DNA of 64,000 bases, from the NCBI GenBank assembly GCA_013239625.1, contig MU054693.1, forward strand, positions 8,378,443-8,442,442, in the 5' to 3' direction. The notes below the pieces were generated by a model. It saw only the letters and a program-made list of their open reading frames with translations, made no database searches and had not been told where the DNA came from. The position numbers were made by a program, and so were the translations under genes. This stretch comes from Lama guanicoe (Eukaryota). Positions 14,328 through 28,419 of the stretch are shown piece after piece (within the stretch, counting starts at the first letter, position 1; each line of letters opens with the position of its first letter).

Positions 14328-15643
14328 CTGGGTGAAGGGGAGAGAGAGGTCAGCCCATGAGTGACTCCCACCACCTTGGCCTGTCCACAGGGTGCCCTCA
14401 AGCCAACACGTGGAGAGGTCCACGACCCACCCTGACCCCAAACGACACCTGGGCCTGCACCCTCAAACCCTGAAGCTCATTCAGGATTTCTTTGTCCTTT
14501 TTTGCTTTGTCACAACCACATCTGTGACCAACACACAGGGGCAGCCTGGAAACCACACACAGAAAGGGCAGGGGGAGCAAATGCAGGAAGGCGGGTGGCA
14601 GACAAAAAGAAGTGTTTCGTTGGCAAAAAGGTATTGGAGATATTCTACCTCATCCGTTTAAAAAGAAAAGAGAAGAAAAAAGATCTAAATGCAGTGCAGT
14701 CTTCTGGATTGGAACCTGAAATGAAAAACTGGGGAAATCTGAATAAAGTCTACAGTTTGGTTAATCATATTGAACTGATGTTAAGTCCTTAGTTTTGACA
14801 AACGGACTTGGTTAAGATGTTAAGGGGAAGCTGGGTGAAGGGGATATGGGAACCCTCTGTACTATCTTTGCAATGTTTTTGTAAACCTAAAAATTATTCT
14901 AAAATAAAAAGTTCATTAAAGTTTAGGGAAAAAGTGGACCAAAATTCAAAAGATTGACAACACCCAGTGTTGACAAGGCTCTGGGTAAACAGGCACTTTC
15001 AGACCCCAGGTGAGGATAGTCAGGGAGCCCTTCCAGAGGGCAGTTTAGTAATAACGTATCAGAATTTTAAACACTAAGTGTTTGGACTTCATTGAAAACT
15101 TAACTATGCACCAGGCCCTTTTGTAAGCAATCTAAAATAACTGATACAATTTAATCACTTACACAATTTTGGAACTCCTTTAATCCTTACAACAACCCTA
15201 GGATAGTCCTATTACTCTCCCCATTTTATTCCCAATGAGACCAAGGCACAGAAATGTTAAGTAACCTGCACAGCTACAAAGTACCAGACCTGGGATTTGA
15301 GCTCAGGGAGTCCTATTCCAAAACTGGTATTTTCAATCACTGACTCATTATTTAGCCTGTGACCCAGCAGTCCACGTCTAGAAGCTTCCCTAATGCCATA
15401 CTTAACACAAGGGAACGAAGAGGGACTGTTTGCCATTGTAACAGGTGGAAACATTCCAGAGTCTATCAATGACGGGTCTGCTGAGATTCTTACATTCGTA
15501 AAATAGAACACTATATAGCCGTTATAAAGGGCCATGTGGCTCTCTGTTACAGAGGGATATTCCTGACCATGTCATGTGGAAAAGAGAAGGCTACAGAAAA
15601 ACATGAATAGTTTGGATCCCTTAATATCAAACAGAGATGGAAA

Positions 15644-16427
15644 AATATGCAACTAGACACAGAAAGATGTAGCTGGAGGTTCTTTCACCAAAAGGGTAAC
15701 CATGTAACCATGGTAACCCATGGAGGGGGAGGAGGGGAAGCTGATTTTCTTTTTCTAATTTTTTTTTAGAGGGGAAGCTGATTTTTAAATTTTTTTTCTT
15801 TAATTGAAGTATAGTCACTTTATAATGTTATTTTAATTTCTGGTGTGCATCATAGTGATTCAGTTTTATATACATATGTATATGTGTGTGTGTGTGTGTA
15901 TCTCCTTTTCATACTCTTTTTCATTATAGGCTATTACAAGGTATGGAATACAGTTCCCTGTGCTGCACAGCAGGACCTTGTTTATCTATTTTATATACAG
16001 TAGTTTGTATCTCCGAATCCTGAACCCCCAGTTTATTCCTTCCCATCCTATTCCCCATGGTAACCATAAGTTTGTTTTCTATGTCTGTGAGTCTGTGTTT
16101 GTTTTGAATATGCAACTAGACACAGAAAGATGTAGCTGGAGGTTCTTTCACCAAAAGGGTAACCATGTAACCATGGTAACCCATGGAGGGGGAGGAGGGG
16201 AAGCTGATTTTCTTTTTCTAATTTTTTTTTAGAGGGGAAGCTGATTTTTAAATTTTTTTTCTTTAATTGAAGTATAGTCACTTTATAATGTTATTTTAAT
16301 TTCTGGTGTGCATCATAGTGATTCAGTTTTATATACATATGTATATGTGTGTGTGTGTGTGTATCTCCTTTTCATACTCTTTTTCATTATAGGCTATTAC
16401 AAGGTATGGAATACAGTTCCCTGTGCT
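15644..16427 (+). repeat. Direct duplication of 321 bp (15644-15964 = 16107-16427) containing a minus-strand L1 3' fragment and (TG)n
   Basis: Copies read identical at offset 463; the ORF track shows the same peptide start twice. Confidence 0.92.
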
Positions 16428-17127
16428 ACACAGTAGGATCTTGTTGTTTAGAGGCTGATATTTTAAAAATTAAGTTTTTTTACTTTTGTACTTAAAATCC
16501 ATTTTTTAATTAAGTACTGGTTATCTTAAACTAGTGACATTACTTTGATTTTTATTTTCTTTTTATGTTCTTGAGTATTGCTCACTATTGTTATTTACCA
16601 TGAACATGTATTACTTCAAAATCAGGATGAAAACCAATAATGTGGTTTTTCTGTGATGGCAATGAGAATCTGCACCCCATTTTGTTGTTATTTTACCACA
16701 AGTAAGCCTAGGGCACAACACGAGTGTCATGGGCTCAGTGAGAAGCCAGAGTTCCTTAGTTCAGTGTCAGCCTCAATTTAGTTTTTAAAATCACAAGAAG
16801 AAATTATAGATAAACTCATTAATCATAACCTGCCCCTTGACTCACACGCATACACCTGTAGTATTTCCTGTATTTTCCTAAACATTCCCATCAGCGGTCT
16901 CTGTGGACTCCCGGAGATCCTGCAAAATTGACTCTACTGCCCTTCTCCCCACTCTACAGACTAGGAAACTGAGACCCAGAGAGCGGACAGGTGCTGCCCA
17001 AGACCCCGTGGATGAACCTGACACAGATGCGTCTGCAGTCACCAGCACTCTCTTATTCCTGGTGCAGGAAGGCAAAGGAAGCTGATGGGTGTCCACTGGA
17101 GACCCCACCCCACGCATGCTTTGTTCA

Positions 17128-17526
<399 letters not shown>

Positions 17527-18462
17527 TCAAGTCCTTCCCACTCTGTCCCCTGTCTCGGGAAGACCTGCTCCTCTGCCTCCAGTCCTTCAGATTTTTATTC
17601 TGTTTCCTTCGAGCTTTCCAACAATGATAAACAAAGTTACTGAACACCGTCCACCACAAGCCTATAACAGACCTCATTTCATCTTCACACCCATGCTAAG
17701 AGGCACAGATGATCACTCTCATCTCACAGGAGAGGGAATGGAAATCCAGACAGATGAAGTACCTTGTCTACACAGCTATAAGGTGACTAAATTAGAATTT
17801 GAAGCCATATCCCTATGACTTTAAAGCCTGTTTTCATGCCTCCACTCTGAGCTACCTCTAGCCTCAATGGCTCCAGCCCCTGCCCCTCCCAAGACATCAA
17901 GTTTGGTATCCGGGTTCCCCATAATAGTCACCTCCTGCTTTGTCTAAAAACCAGAACCCAGTGCCCTCAGGCAAGCAGGAGCCAAGTGGCATGGAGCAGA
18001 GCCCATGGTCTCCTCCTTTTCCTGGTGAACTTTGCCTCTATTGATATGTCCTCAAACCACAACGACTGGCAATGCCACCATGCAGTTGATGAAATGGGCT
18101 ATAAATGACTAGGAATGGTCAGAAGAGGAAAGAGGGGACTGGGTCTCAGTTGTCTCTTTCTGAGCTTCCCCAGCACCAGGCTTGTCCTCAGAAGACGCCA
18201 AGACCCTCCTCCTCCTCAGCTCCTATGGACCACCTGGCCCTCCCAGGGGGAGGATGTGGCTCACAACCCCAGCATGCACCAGGTCCTGGGATTCCAGCCA
18301 CCCTTCTCCGGGGAGTCTGGGAGCTGTCGGGAAAGCTACCCTTCCAGCTTGGGGGAAAAAAACCAGTTCATCTCCAAACTGCCTCCTGAATGCAGGAAAG
18401 CAACGAGCATCCTGTCCCCATGCTCAACCCAGCCTGCGCTCCTGGGACGTGGCTGTGCGTAC

Positions 18463-18612
18463 CTGGAGCATCGCCTCAGGCTCGGCGCCCTCCTCAGACA
18501 CGTGCACCTGGGCCCGGCCACTGCGCTCGTTGTCCCGGATGCCCTTGGACACCTGTGTGGCCTTCAGCTTCTCAAATCGGTTGCTGTTGGAGCCGCACCA
18601 CTGGTAAATGTC
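18463..18612 (-). CDS. GSN: Coding exon 5, G2: [17 protein letters not shown]...EPEAMLQ
   Basis: ttacag|GAC acceptor, CAG|gtacgc donor, 150 nt. Confidence 0.98.
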
Positions 18613-18869
18613 CTGTAAGGCAGGGACCCCCCCCATAAGGCAGTGCCCTGTCCCTTGTATAAGCCCAACCCAGTGACATACAAGGAGGAGGCTGTCGGGG
18701 GTGTGTAAGCTCAGCTTGTTCTCTGCTTACACGGGTGAGGGCCGGCGGAGCACACATATGTCCACATCCAAGCACAAAGGGTGTGGTCCACGTGCACCAG
18801 GATATGCGAGTGCGTGGCTTGGGCTGTGTGTTTTTTCACTGGTACATCTACACATAACATGTGTATAAA

Positions 18870-19440
18870 AATGTTTGCCTGCTGGTGGGAATGGAAATTG
18901 GTACAACCCCTTTGGAAAACCATTTGGTTGTACCTTCTAAAGCTCAGTATATCAATATCTTATGAGCCAGCAGCCAGCAAAAGACCTGTGCAAGAACGTT
19001 CAGTCACACCACCCGGAATAGCCCCAAGCTACCCCAAGGGCCCAGCAACAACAGAAAGGTTAAATAAACTGTGGCATGTCCGCCCAGTCTAATCTTAACA
19101 GCAAGGAGAAGGAACAGTCTACAACCACAGGCAACCATACGGACGGAGCTCAGAAAGAGAATGTCAAGCAAAAGAAGTCACGTCAAAAGGAGTTAAGTCC
19201 ACGTAGATGGAGATCAGAAACAGGTGGCATTACTCTGTGCTGTTGGTTGAGAGAGTTCAGAATGATGGTCACCCTTGGAGATGAAGGGACTAGATGGGGA
19301 CCGGCGGGGCCTTCCGGGGGCTGGTGATGCTCTGTTTCCTGATCTGGGATTAATGACATGGGTGTGTTCACTATGTGAAATCCCTAGGGTGTCCACTCAG
19401 GATTCACACACTCTTGCGTGTATCTGTTGTACTTTAATAA
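18870..19440 (+). mobile_element. Old L1 fragment (L1ME-like); ends approximate
   Basis: gctggtgggaatggaaattggtacaacccctttggaaaac...ataaactgtggcat...ctctgtttcctgatctggg motifs. Confidence 0.7.
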
Positions 19441-19782
19441 CAAGCAGACACTGAGTGTGTGCCTCTGTTTGCACAGACATTACATCACGGGTATACGTGA
19501 GGTTGGGAGGGGAGGGTCTGGCCACGTCCTTCTGCAGATACGAGTGTACATGGATTTGGGAAGAATGTGTACAAAGCATCACACATCTGTGAGGTGGGCC
19601 TGGGTAAGTACATCTCCCACTCAGAGCCATATACAAGTGTGCATGTGCAACTACACGTATGACACACACACATGTGGGCCCTTGAACAACACACTCAGGC
19701 CTCCCCGTATAGGCATTTGCCATGGAGCCATGTCCATGCCTGCTGGGCAAGAGCTTATAGGTTTTTTAATTGAATATCATTG

Positions 19783-19950
19783 AGGTGGGAGGGTATAGCT
19801 CAGTGGTTAGAGTGCATGCTTAGCACACATGAAGTCCTGGGTTCAATCCCCAGTACCTCCATTAATAAATAAATAAGTCTAATTACCTCTCCCCCAATAA
19901 ATAAGTAAATAAAAAGAAACTGCCACCTTAAAAAATAAATTTAAAAAAAA
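19783..19950 (+). mobile_element. tRNA-derived SINE (camelid Vic-1-like) inserted in a minus-strand L1 3' fragment
   Basis: Same head and tail as the other copies; degenerate TSD gaatatcattga / gaaatacagttga; L1-like sequence continues to ~20065. Confidence 0.85.
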
Positions 19951-20422
19951 GAAATACAGTTGATTTACAATATTATATAAGTTTCAGGTGGGCGACATAG
20001 TGATTCACAATTTTTAAAGCTTACACTCCATTTGTAGTTATTATAAAATACTGGTGACATTCCCAGAGCCTGTAGGTTTGGTACATGCCCGCCATGGGTT
20101 TGCAAGTGAGTGACACAGGATGTGCAGGCGAACGTGTCAGGGAGCCTGTACGTCAGCTGAAGTCGAAGTGCACGGTGCACGAGGTCTGTGTGCATGTACG
20201 CGTTGAGTCTGCGGTTACACACCAAGCACGCCTGCGCCTGGTCTTTGCAGGTGTGTCTGACTCATGCCGAGAGCACGTGCGTGCACGGGGGCGGCTGGCC
20301 CTGTGGTTGCCCCGCTGTGTCTTTGCCTTTGTTCACGTGGATGTGTCCACCTCCCCAGAGTCAAGCCTGGCCAGGCCTGGAGCACCTCAGGGGGCCCCGG
20401 GAAAGGGTGGGGCAGGACTCAC

Positions 20423-20584
20423 GTGGCCCAGGTCCAGGATGAAGCAGTCACCGGTGTTGAAGCTGTCCCAGGACACAGGCACTTCCGTGGCGCGGACCAC
20501 ACGCCGCCCTTTGACCTGGAAGAGTCTCTGCACAACCACTTCGTTAGGTACCACGTGCTTGAATCCTGATGCCACGCCTCCTTT
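20423..20584 (-). CDS. GSN: Coding exon 4, G2: [15 protein letters not shown]...[10 protein letters not shown]
   Basis: caacag|AAA acceptor, CAC|gtgagt donor, 162 nt. Confidence 0.98.
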
Positions 20585-22179
20585 CTGTTGGGTCAAAGAG
20601 ACAGTGTCAGCCCGAGGGAGAGGGTCCCAAGAGGCAGACATGGGGGAAAGGGATAGAGATGAGTAACAGAAGGAAATCCTGGCCTGTGGACCAGTGGCCT
20701 GTCAGCAGATTCCCTACGCACTGCACCTTGCTGCCATCCCTTTGAATCTCACACTCCGCTAACAAAGATCCCTGGGCCCACTTTCCTGGATCAAAAACTA
20801 CAAACATTCCTTTCTCAAAACCTGCAGTTCCCCAGGGCTGTTCTAAGGAACTCTAATCCCCTAAGATACCCTGCAAGGAAAGGGTTCCATGATCAAATAA
20901 GCACAAGGAATGCTCCTTATTTGCCCCCTGACTGTTACACAATGCCCATCCGCATGATAAAGGCTCTGGGAAGTCCCACGGTAACTAAGCCTGCTTGCCT
21001 TTTGTTTGACACAGCATTTCCCTACCCTACTGAATCGAGAATTGCTTTTCTCCTCCACATCCTGCCTGCAGCGCGAGCGAACATCCTGCAAAACCCACTT
21101 GGAGAAGTGCTCATCCAAAGCTTTCCTATTCTTCAAGGCTGTCTCTAGGGAGAGTGCTCCAGCCAATCCCATTGCCCTCTCTCCTCCGACAGTTCTGTAG
21201 CAAGTCCCACCTAGCTGTGCCTTCACAGGCGGCTGTGGGTAAGGGACAGAGCACCAACCTCAAGTTCAAGCCTCTACCCTGCCACTCCCATGCTGGGTGA
21301 CTCTGGGTAAGTCTCTTCCCCTCTCTAAGCCTCAGGCCTCTCCCTTCTGAAATGGTGACACGAGCCCCTGCTGTGCCGCCCCCTGCACCCATCACCAAGT
21401 CCCAGGGAACTTCAGGAGGGCTTCTCTGCAGCAGTCAAAACTGCCCTGGGCTCAGCAGAAAGCCAAGAAAAGTCCCAGCCCCAGGTGCTTGCCGGCCCCA
21501 AACCCCAGTCCCCAGGGAGGTCAAGTCAGAGCTGAGAAGGTCCCCACAGAGCTTCGCATTTTACCCATGATGAAAGGGAAGCCTGGAGAAGTGAAGTACT
21601 TACTCCAGGGCACTCCCATGCGTGTGGCACAGCTAAGGATAGAACCTTGCCTCCTGTTGACAATCTGCTGTTGGTTTGTCTCTCTGCTCCATATGTTACG
21701 GGGGAGGAGTCAGAAGAGGGTTTCCACTAAGGCCAGGAATGTGGCCACCCCCTCCAGGACCCTCGCTGCCAACACACTTTGCAGAGTGAAGCCAAGTCTG
21801 ACTCTTGTTCATGCAGGAAAGGGAGCAAGTCTAACTGGGTTCCTATTATGTCTACACACAGTTAGCAGTATAGACAGGGTGGGGAAACGCTAACGCCCAC
21901 CGTGCGGGGCATTTCGCATGCGTCATCTATGAGGGAGATGTCATTATCCCCGTCTTACGGATGAGGAAAGCAGATCCCAGAAGTGAAGAGACTTGCCCAA
22001 GATCTCGAAGCTAGTAAATGGTAGAGCAAGGATTCAAACCCCGGTGTGACTAAATCTATAGCGCCCACATTCTTCCCCCAACATCAGGGTTTCTGAAGGT
22101 CACCCAGGACGGCAGGCAGGAATAAACCATTGTTCAGAGCAAAGTTGTTCAAGTAGAAATGTTTGCCCTGTTGTGAGTA

Positions 22180-22196
22180 GAGCGCCCCCTGGTGTC
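22180..22196 (-). promoter_or_regulatory. CTCF motif ACACCAGGGGGCGCT
   Basis: Strong match to the CTCF core consensus; motif only. Confidence 0.55.
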
Positions 22197-25100
22197 CTTT
22201 TTTGGTACCAGAATGAGGCCTTTCAAGAGCATCCCTTTGGGCTCAGCAGGGTGGCCAAGGCATTCACAGAGCCTTTCTTTCCACCAGACTTCAGGGGCCC
22301 TCCCGCAGGGAAGCAGGTGAGCAAGGGCAGCTGAGGAAGAAGATGTAATGCCTTGTGCTCACCTGGTAATGACTGCAGAGGCTGCCACTTACTAAGCCCG
22401 TGCCAGAGGCTGGGGCACCTGCTTTATGGACATGCGATGTGGTCCCCACAAGCTCCTGAGGTAGTGACTCTTATTATCCCACGTCACAGGGAAGGAGACT
22501 GAGATGCAAAGAGGTTAAGTCCCGTGCCCAGGGCCCCCGCTAATTGGTGGAAGTTTTACCCCCACATTCGCCCTTCCAAACACCAGCTTCACCCAAGTTG
22601 GCCAGCCAGGAACTCCCGAGTGCCTGTGGTTAGCACTGACCCCGGGACTTCATTCAGCTGGAGGTAAAGAGACAGTGGAACTGAAAAGCTTTTCCAAAAG
22701 GTGCTGGACACACCATTTCCATGGATTCCTCAGAGAGGAGGAAACGGGGAAATAAGGGAAGAATAAGACCTTAACTTTTTTTTATACATCTCTAAAATAT
22801 TTCTCTTGTTTAAGCTTGCCTTTTATTTTTTATTAAAAAATAGAAGCTTTCTTTTAAAAAAGAGAAAGGGCTGTTCAATGTCATAAATTCCAGTTCTAGC
22901 AAATTATGTGTATGTATATGAATTTATAAAATAAAAGAACACTTGATTTCTAATGAGTGTGGACAGACATTTCCTGATTAACTAACTCCTCTAATCTTAC
23001 TGATCTAGAAAATTAGACTTGGAAAGATGAGTTAACAGAAAAATAAAAGTAAGCTCTTAGGAGAATTTAGTGGATCTACAAGTACAAGGTGCAGGACATT
23101 TTTGAAAGTTTTATTATTTTTCACTATTTTTACTATAATCTTTAAGACTGTTGCTTTCTATGGTCTAATCATTAGGTGGGCAGAGATTGGCATTAAATTA
23201 TTTGAATGAAATTTAATAGAATATTGTTTTAAAAGCCACTTTCCAAAGTAAAGTGATGAAATATTATATATTATATATATAAAATATATATGGATAATTT
23301 CTATACCTATATATGAATACACATATCTATATGTTCATATATATAGAGAGAAAAATTATATGTCATTTGGTGTATATGTCTCAAAGAGTGAAATCACGGG
23401 GGACTTTTACTTTCTAAAAGCCACATTTCAGTGTTTGACATCTTACAATAAGCTTTTATTACACATGTAGTCAGAAGGGAAAGAGGTATAAGGATCTACA
23501 CTTAATAATATGCTAAAAAGTTTATTAAAAAATTGATTGGGGCTGGTCCCCTCCACACTCTAAACTCAGAAACAGGAGGGAGGGCAGGAAGGGCTTGAGT
23601 GATTCTATGGGTTTCCCAATGTGGTTCTTGGGGCCGGGAGCTTCTAGGACTCAGCCCAGCCCACTCTCTGCTTGAACAAAGGGTTTCAAAAAACCCAGAC
23701 CCAAGGGGTCTGTAGGACTCTAGATCTGAGAGTCAGGAGGAGGAGGCAGGATCAACAGATTCTGAAAAGGGCAGTGACTTTTAAGGATTTGGGGGTCACA
23801 GAACAGGACAGGCCAGGTCAGGTGGCAGCCCTGTCTAGTGGCTCTCGTCCCCTCCCTGCCCTTCTCACACCCGAGGGACAGAACTGGCTCTGAGGAGCAG
23901 GCTTTCACAGAAACAAGTCTTGCGTATCAAGCTCTGCTCCTTGGGGATCTATAATTGATGAAGGCACCAAGCCAAGAACCTTAGGCTGGGCCTGCCAAGT
24001 GCGGGGGCAGTCGGAGGACTTGCAGAAGTTGGAAAACAGGCTTGGCCTTGGACCTCACAACAGAAGCCAGGGCCTTTCAGGACTGAAGTTGCAGCTCTAG
24101 GTCCAGCTTAGGAACTTATCCCCTGGACCATTCCTGGAGTATGGTTTGAGAGCATCCTGGAAAATTCACCGGAAGGTGGGGGAGGCTTGCTACACATGCA
24201 AATTCCCAGGCTCCACCTGAGCGAAGATCAGAGACCGAGGAGTCTTCAAATGTCCACGCTGAACTGGCTCTGTGCTAGGACCTTCATACCTGGGTTTGAA
24301 TCCCAGCTCTATCACTTAGCTGCTGTGTGAGTTGCTTAAATTTCTATGAGTTGCTGCTGTCCACACAGCAACAATAATAAACAGGCACTGCTGTTACAGG
24401 GACTTGATAAATATTTGCGGAATGAATGGCAAATGGGGAACGTGTATGAGCACACACCCAGAGGCAAACAACTGGCCCAAAGCCTCACAGCTGTGAGGGG
24501 TGGCCTGGGGACCTGAATCCCAATTTCTCTGACTCCTGGTCAAGTGCTCTTTCCACTTCCTGCTGCAGGAACTACAAAAAGTCCCGGTCCTTCTCCAAGG
24601 CCAGGGCCTAGGTCCCAAGCTTCTCACCTCTCTGCAGGTACCAAGCCCCAGAAGGGGCTGTAAGAAGAAGGGAGAGCTGGACAGCTCTGCAGGAGTAGCT
24701 GTGAGCATGGGTGAACTGGCCAATAGGGGGCACTGGTAGGCGCCAGGGAATCTGGCCCGGCTTCACCCAGACAAGGGCTAAGGCCCTGTTCCCAGGATCC
24801 ACCCTGCCCTCTGCTACCTGTCTCACTAGAGCTTTTTCATCATCTAATCCCCAGTGTATCAGCTGAGCAGACAGGGCCACTACCGATATTAACACAGAAC
24901 TCGGAGGCCCAGAGATGGACAATGACTTCTCTAAGGTCACACAGCACATCAGCAGCAAAGACAGGGTTTGACCCCTATCCTAGGACCCTACTCATGATGG
25001 GCAGGTTGGTGTAGCGAGAGAAACAGTCAGGAGATCTGGATTCTGGCCCCAGCTCTGGGATGGACTTGCTGTGTGACCCTGGGCCAGCTGCTTAACCTCT

Positions 25101-25810
25101 CTGTGCCTCAGTCTTCCCTCCCTCCCTTAAAATATGAGATTTGGACTCCGACATTAAGGCCATCAAAGTTTGTGATCCCCTGCCTATCCTGACCAAAGAG
25201 AACCCCAGCTTTGCAAAACTACAGCTTTCCCTGAGCCCTTCCAAGGTGCCAAGCCCTGTGCAAGGCATTTCCCACCAACGCCTTCACCAAATCCTCTCCC
25301 AGGCCTGAAGGGCAGATACAACTGGCTCTCATGTAACTGAAGAAGAAAGGGAGGCTCCGGGAGGCCAAGTGGCTTGCCAGAAGTCACACAGCATATAGGG
25401 TACAGCCTCTTGGGGCTCCTGGCTTAGCTTTGCTCAGTTCCCACTGGCTGGGGGCTGGGGCTCCGACTCTTCAGAGTTCAAGTTCAAGGGGGATTCTAAT
25501 GAGGAGAAAGAGAAATGTGATGAAGGGTGCCCTTTCAAAATCTAACGCAGGACTCTGTCATCAGGGCCTGAGAACTGAAGATTACAGATTCAAGCCCCGG
25601 GCAAGCAAGAGGCTAGGTCCCCACTCACACTGCTGGGGCTAGGAAGACAACCCTGTGAAGTGATGGAGAATTTTCTTCTCTCCATTTAATAAGAAACCAG
25701 AGGCTCAGAGAGGGAGTGTTATTTGTCCAAGGTCACATGGCTAGAAAGGGCCCAGAATTCAAACCAAGGGCTGGCCAACTCCAGAGACTGAGCTCTGACC
25801 TGTCTGCCTA

Positions 25811-26056
<246 letters not shown>

Positions 26057-26649
26057 TCAGAGCAGCATGAGCTTGGCTTCCGGAAAGCGGTCCCAGCCTC
26101 CCGTGGAGGAGGAGTCTGGAGCCCCGAGCACTGACCTGGCCTGGCTGTGGAAGCTGGGTAAGCCCCTGCCTCCTGTGAGCCTCAGTTATTCCATCTATAT
26201 AATGGGAGGTCTCGGGGGCCAGACTCAAGATATCTAAGAATCCTCCGAGCTCTGACACATTCTCCCACACTCACTCTCAGCCCTCCTAAGCATGAAGTCA
26301 GGCCTGGGAGCGTGAGGAAACCAAGGTACAGTGAGGGAGCAGGACTTACAGAGTCACACAGAGAGCTGTGGCAGGACTCCAGGCTCCCAACTCTGAAGGG
26401 CAAACTGGAGCGTGGCTGGAGCTGGGGGCGGGGGGGTCCAGGGTCCCCAAGTCACTCCAGTTCTGAGCGCCACAGTGACTTGTCTAATCCTCAAAACAGT
26501 CCTATGAGGTCGTTTGGCACTGTGATCACGTCCACCTTACAGCGACACTGAATGACTTGCGAAAGGTCAGAGCTGGGGTCTGAACTTGGCAGGCAGGCTC
26601 TAGAGCCTTGGAACCACTAGCCAAAGACCTGGCACATACCTGATGCTCA

Positions 26650-27159
<510 letters not shown>

Positions 27160-28284
27160 CTACTCAGCTCCCTGGTGATGGGGGACAGAAGGCTCTACTC
27201 CCCTTCTTCCTTCCTTTCTTAGTGCCAATTAGATGTGACAGCTGAGGCACAGAGAAGTGAAGTGACTCTGCGGGGGACTTCTAGCTAGGAAATGTCATAG
27301 CAGGAACTGGCCCAGGCTTCAAGAAGTTTAGGGCCATGGGGAGACCCCTCAGATGGCAATGGTAAAGCTAGGGGTCCCAAGGGGCTCGGCTTGTTCCCTT
27401 CCAGCATCCTCAATGGCTCTTAGAACTACAGGGGCCCTCAGAGAGCTTATTATCCATCTCCACCTTGTTAATAGGGAAACTGAGGCCCCAAGAGGGGAAG
27501 GGACTGGCCTGAGGTCATGCAGCCTGTCTGCTTTTGCTCTTTGAAAGTGAGAAGATTTCCCATGCCCCATCCATGTCCCCACCACACCCTCAAAGAAGGG
27601 CCTAGGTGCCCGAGCCCAAGTGGCCTCCTGCGCTGTCTGCCTCCTCCCTCCTGCCCCCCAAAACCCCAGCCCCCAAATTCCATTTCTTGGAAAAGGCGAG
27701 AGGACGCAGCTGGGGTCTGCAGGAGCCTGTTGGAGATGAGGTGGTCCAAGTTGGGGGAAAGACTGTCAGACATGCGCTGGGGCTAGAGATGGAGCAGAGC
27801 GGGATGGTTAGCCTGGAGCCAGAGATTGGAAATCAGCAGGCGCAGGTCACCTCGGGCCGGATCTGGTGGAAGAAGTCAGGAAAACCAGATGGGAGAACTC
27901 AGGCAGAGGGGTGGAGAAACACAAAAGGGAAACAGAAGTGAGGAGAAACCAGACGGGGCAGAGGAGATAGCAGAGAGGGGAGAATAAATAACAGTAATGA
28001 TGATAAGCAGGCGGAGGTTTGAGATTATACAAAAAAGAGAGGAAATATTGAAGAGGGAGAGAAAAATCAGATGAGAAAGAGGAACCTGAAATGGAAGAAG
28101 AAATCAGAAGGGGGAAGGAGAGAAATCAGGCAGAGGGAAGGAGAAATTAGACAAGGAAGAGGAGAAATCAGGGGGCAGAGATGGGAAAGAAATCAGAAGG
28201 CAGCGGCGAGGTAAAAAAGGAATCCGGCCAAGGTGAGGTTAGATTCTAGGGAGGGAAACAGCCAGGGCCCTGAGGCTCCCACCC

Positions 28285-28416
28285 NNNNNNNNNNNNNNNN
28301 NNNNNNNNNNNNNNNNNNNNNNNNNNNNNNNNNNNNNNNNNNNNNNNNNNNNNNNNNNNNNNNNNNNNNNNNNNNNNNNNNNNNNNNNNNNNNNNNNNNN
28401 NNNNNNNNNNNNNNNN
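28285..28416. other. Assembly gap (132 N) in GC-rich intron just downstream of the plasma exon
   Basis: N run. Confidence 1.
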
Positions 28417-28419
28417 GAG

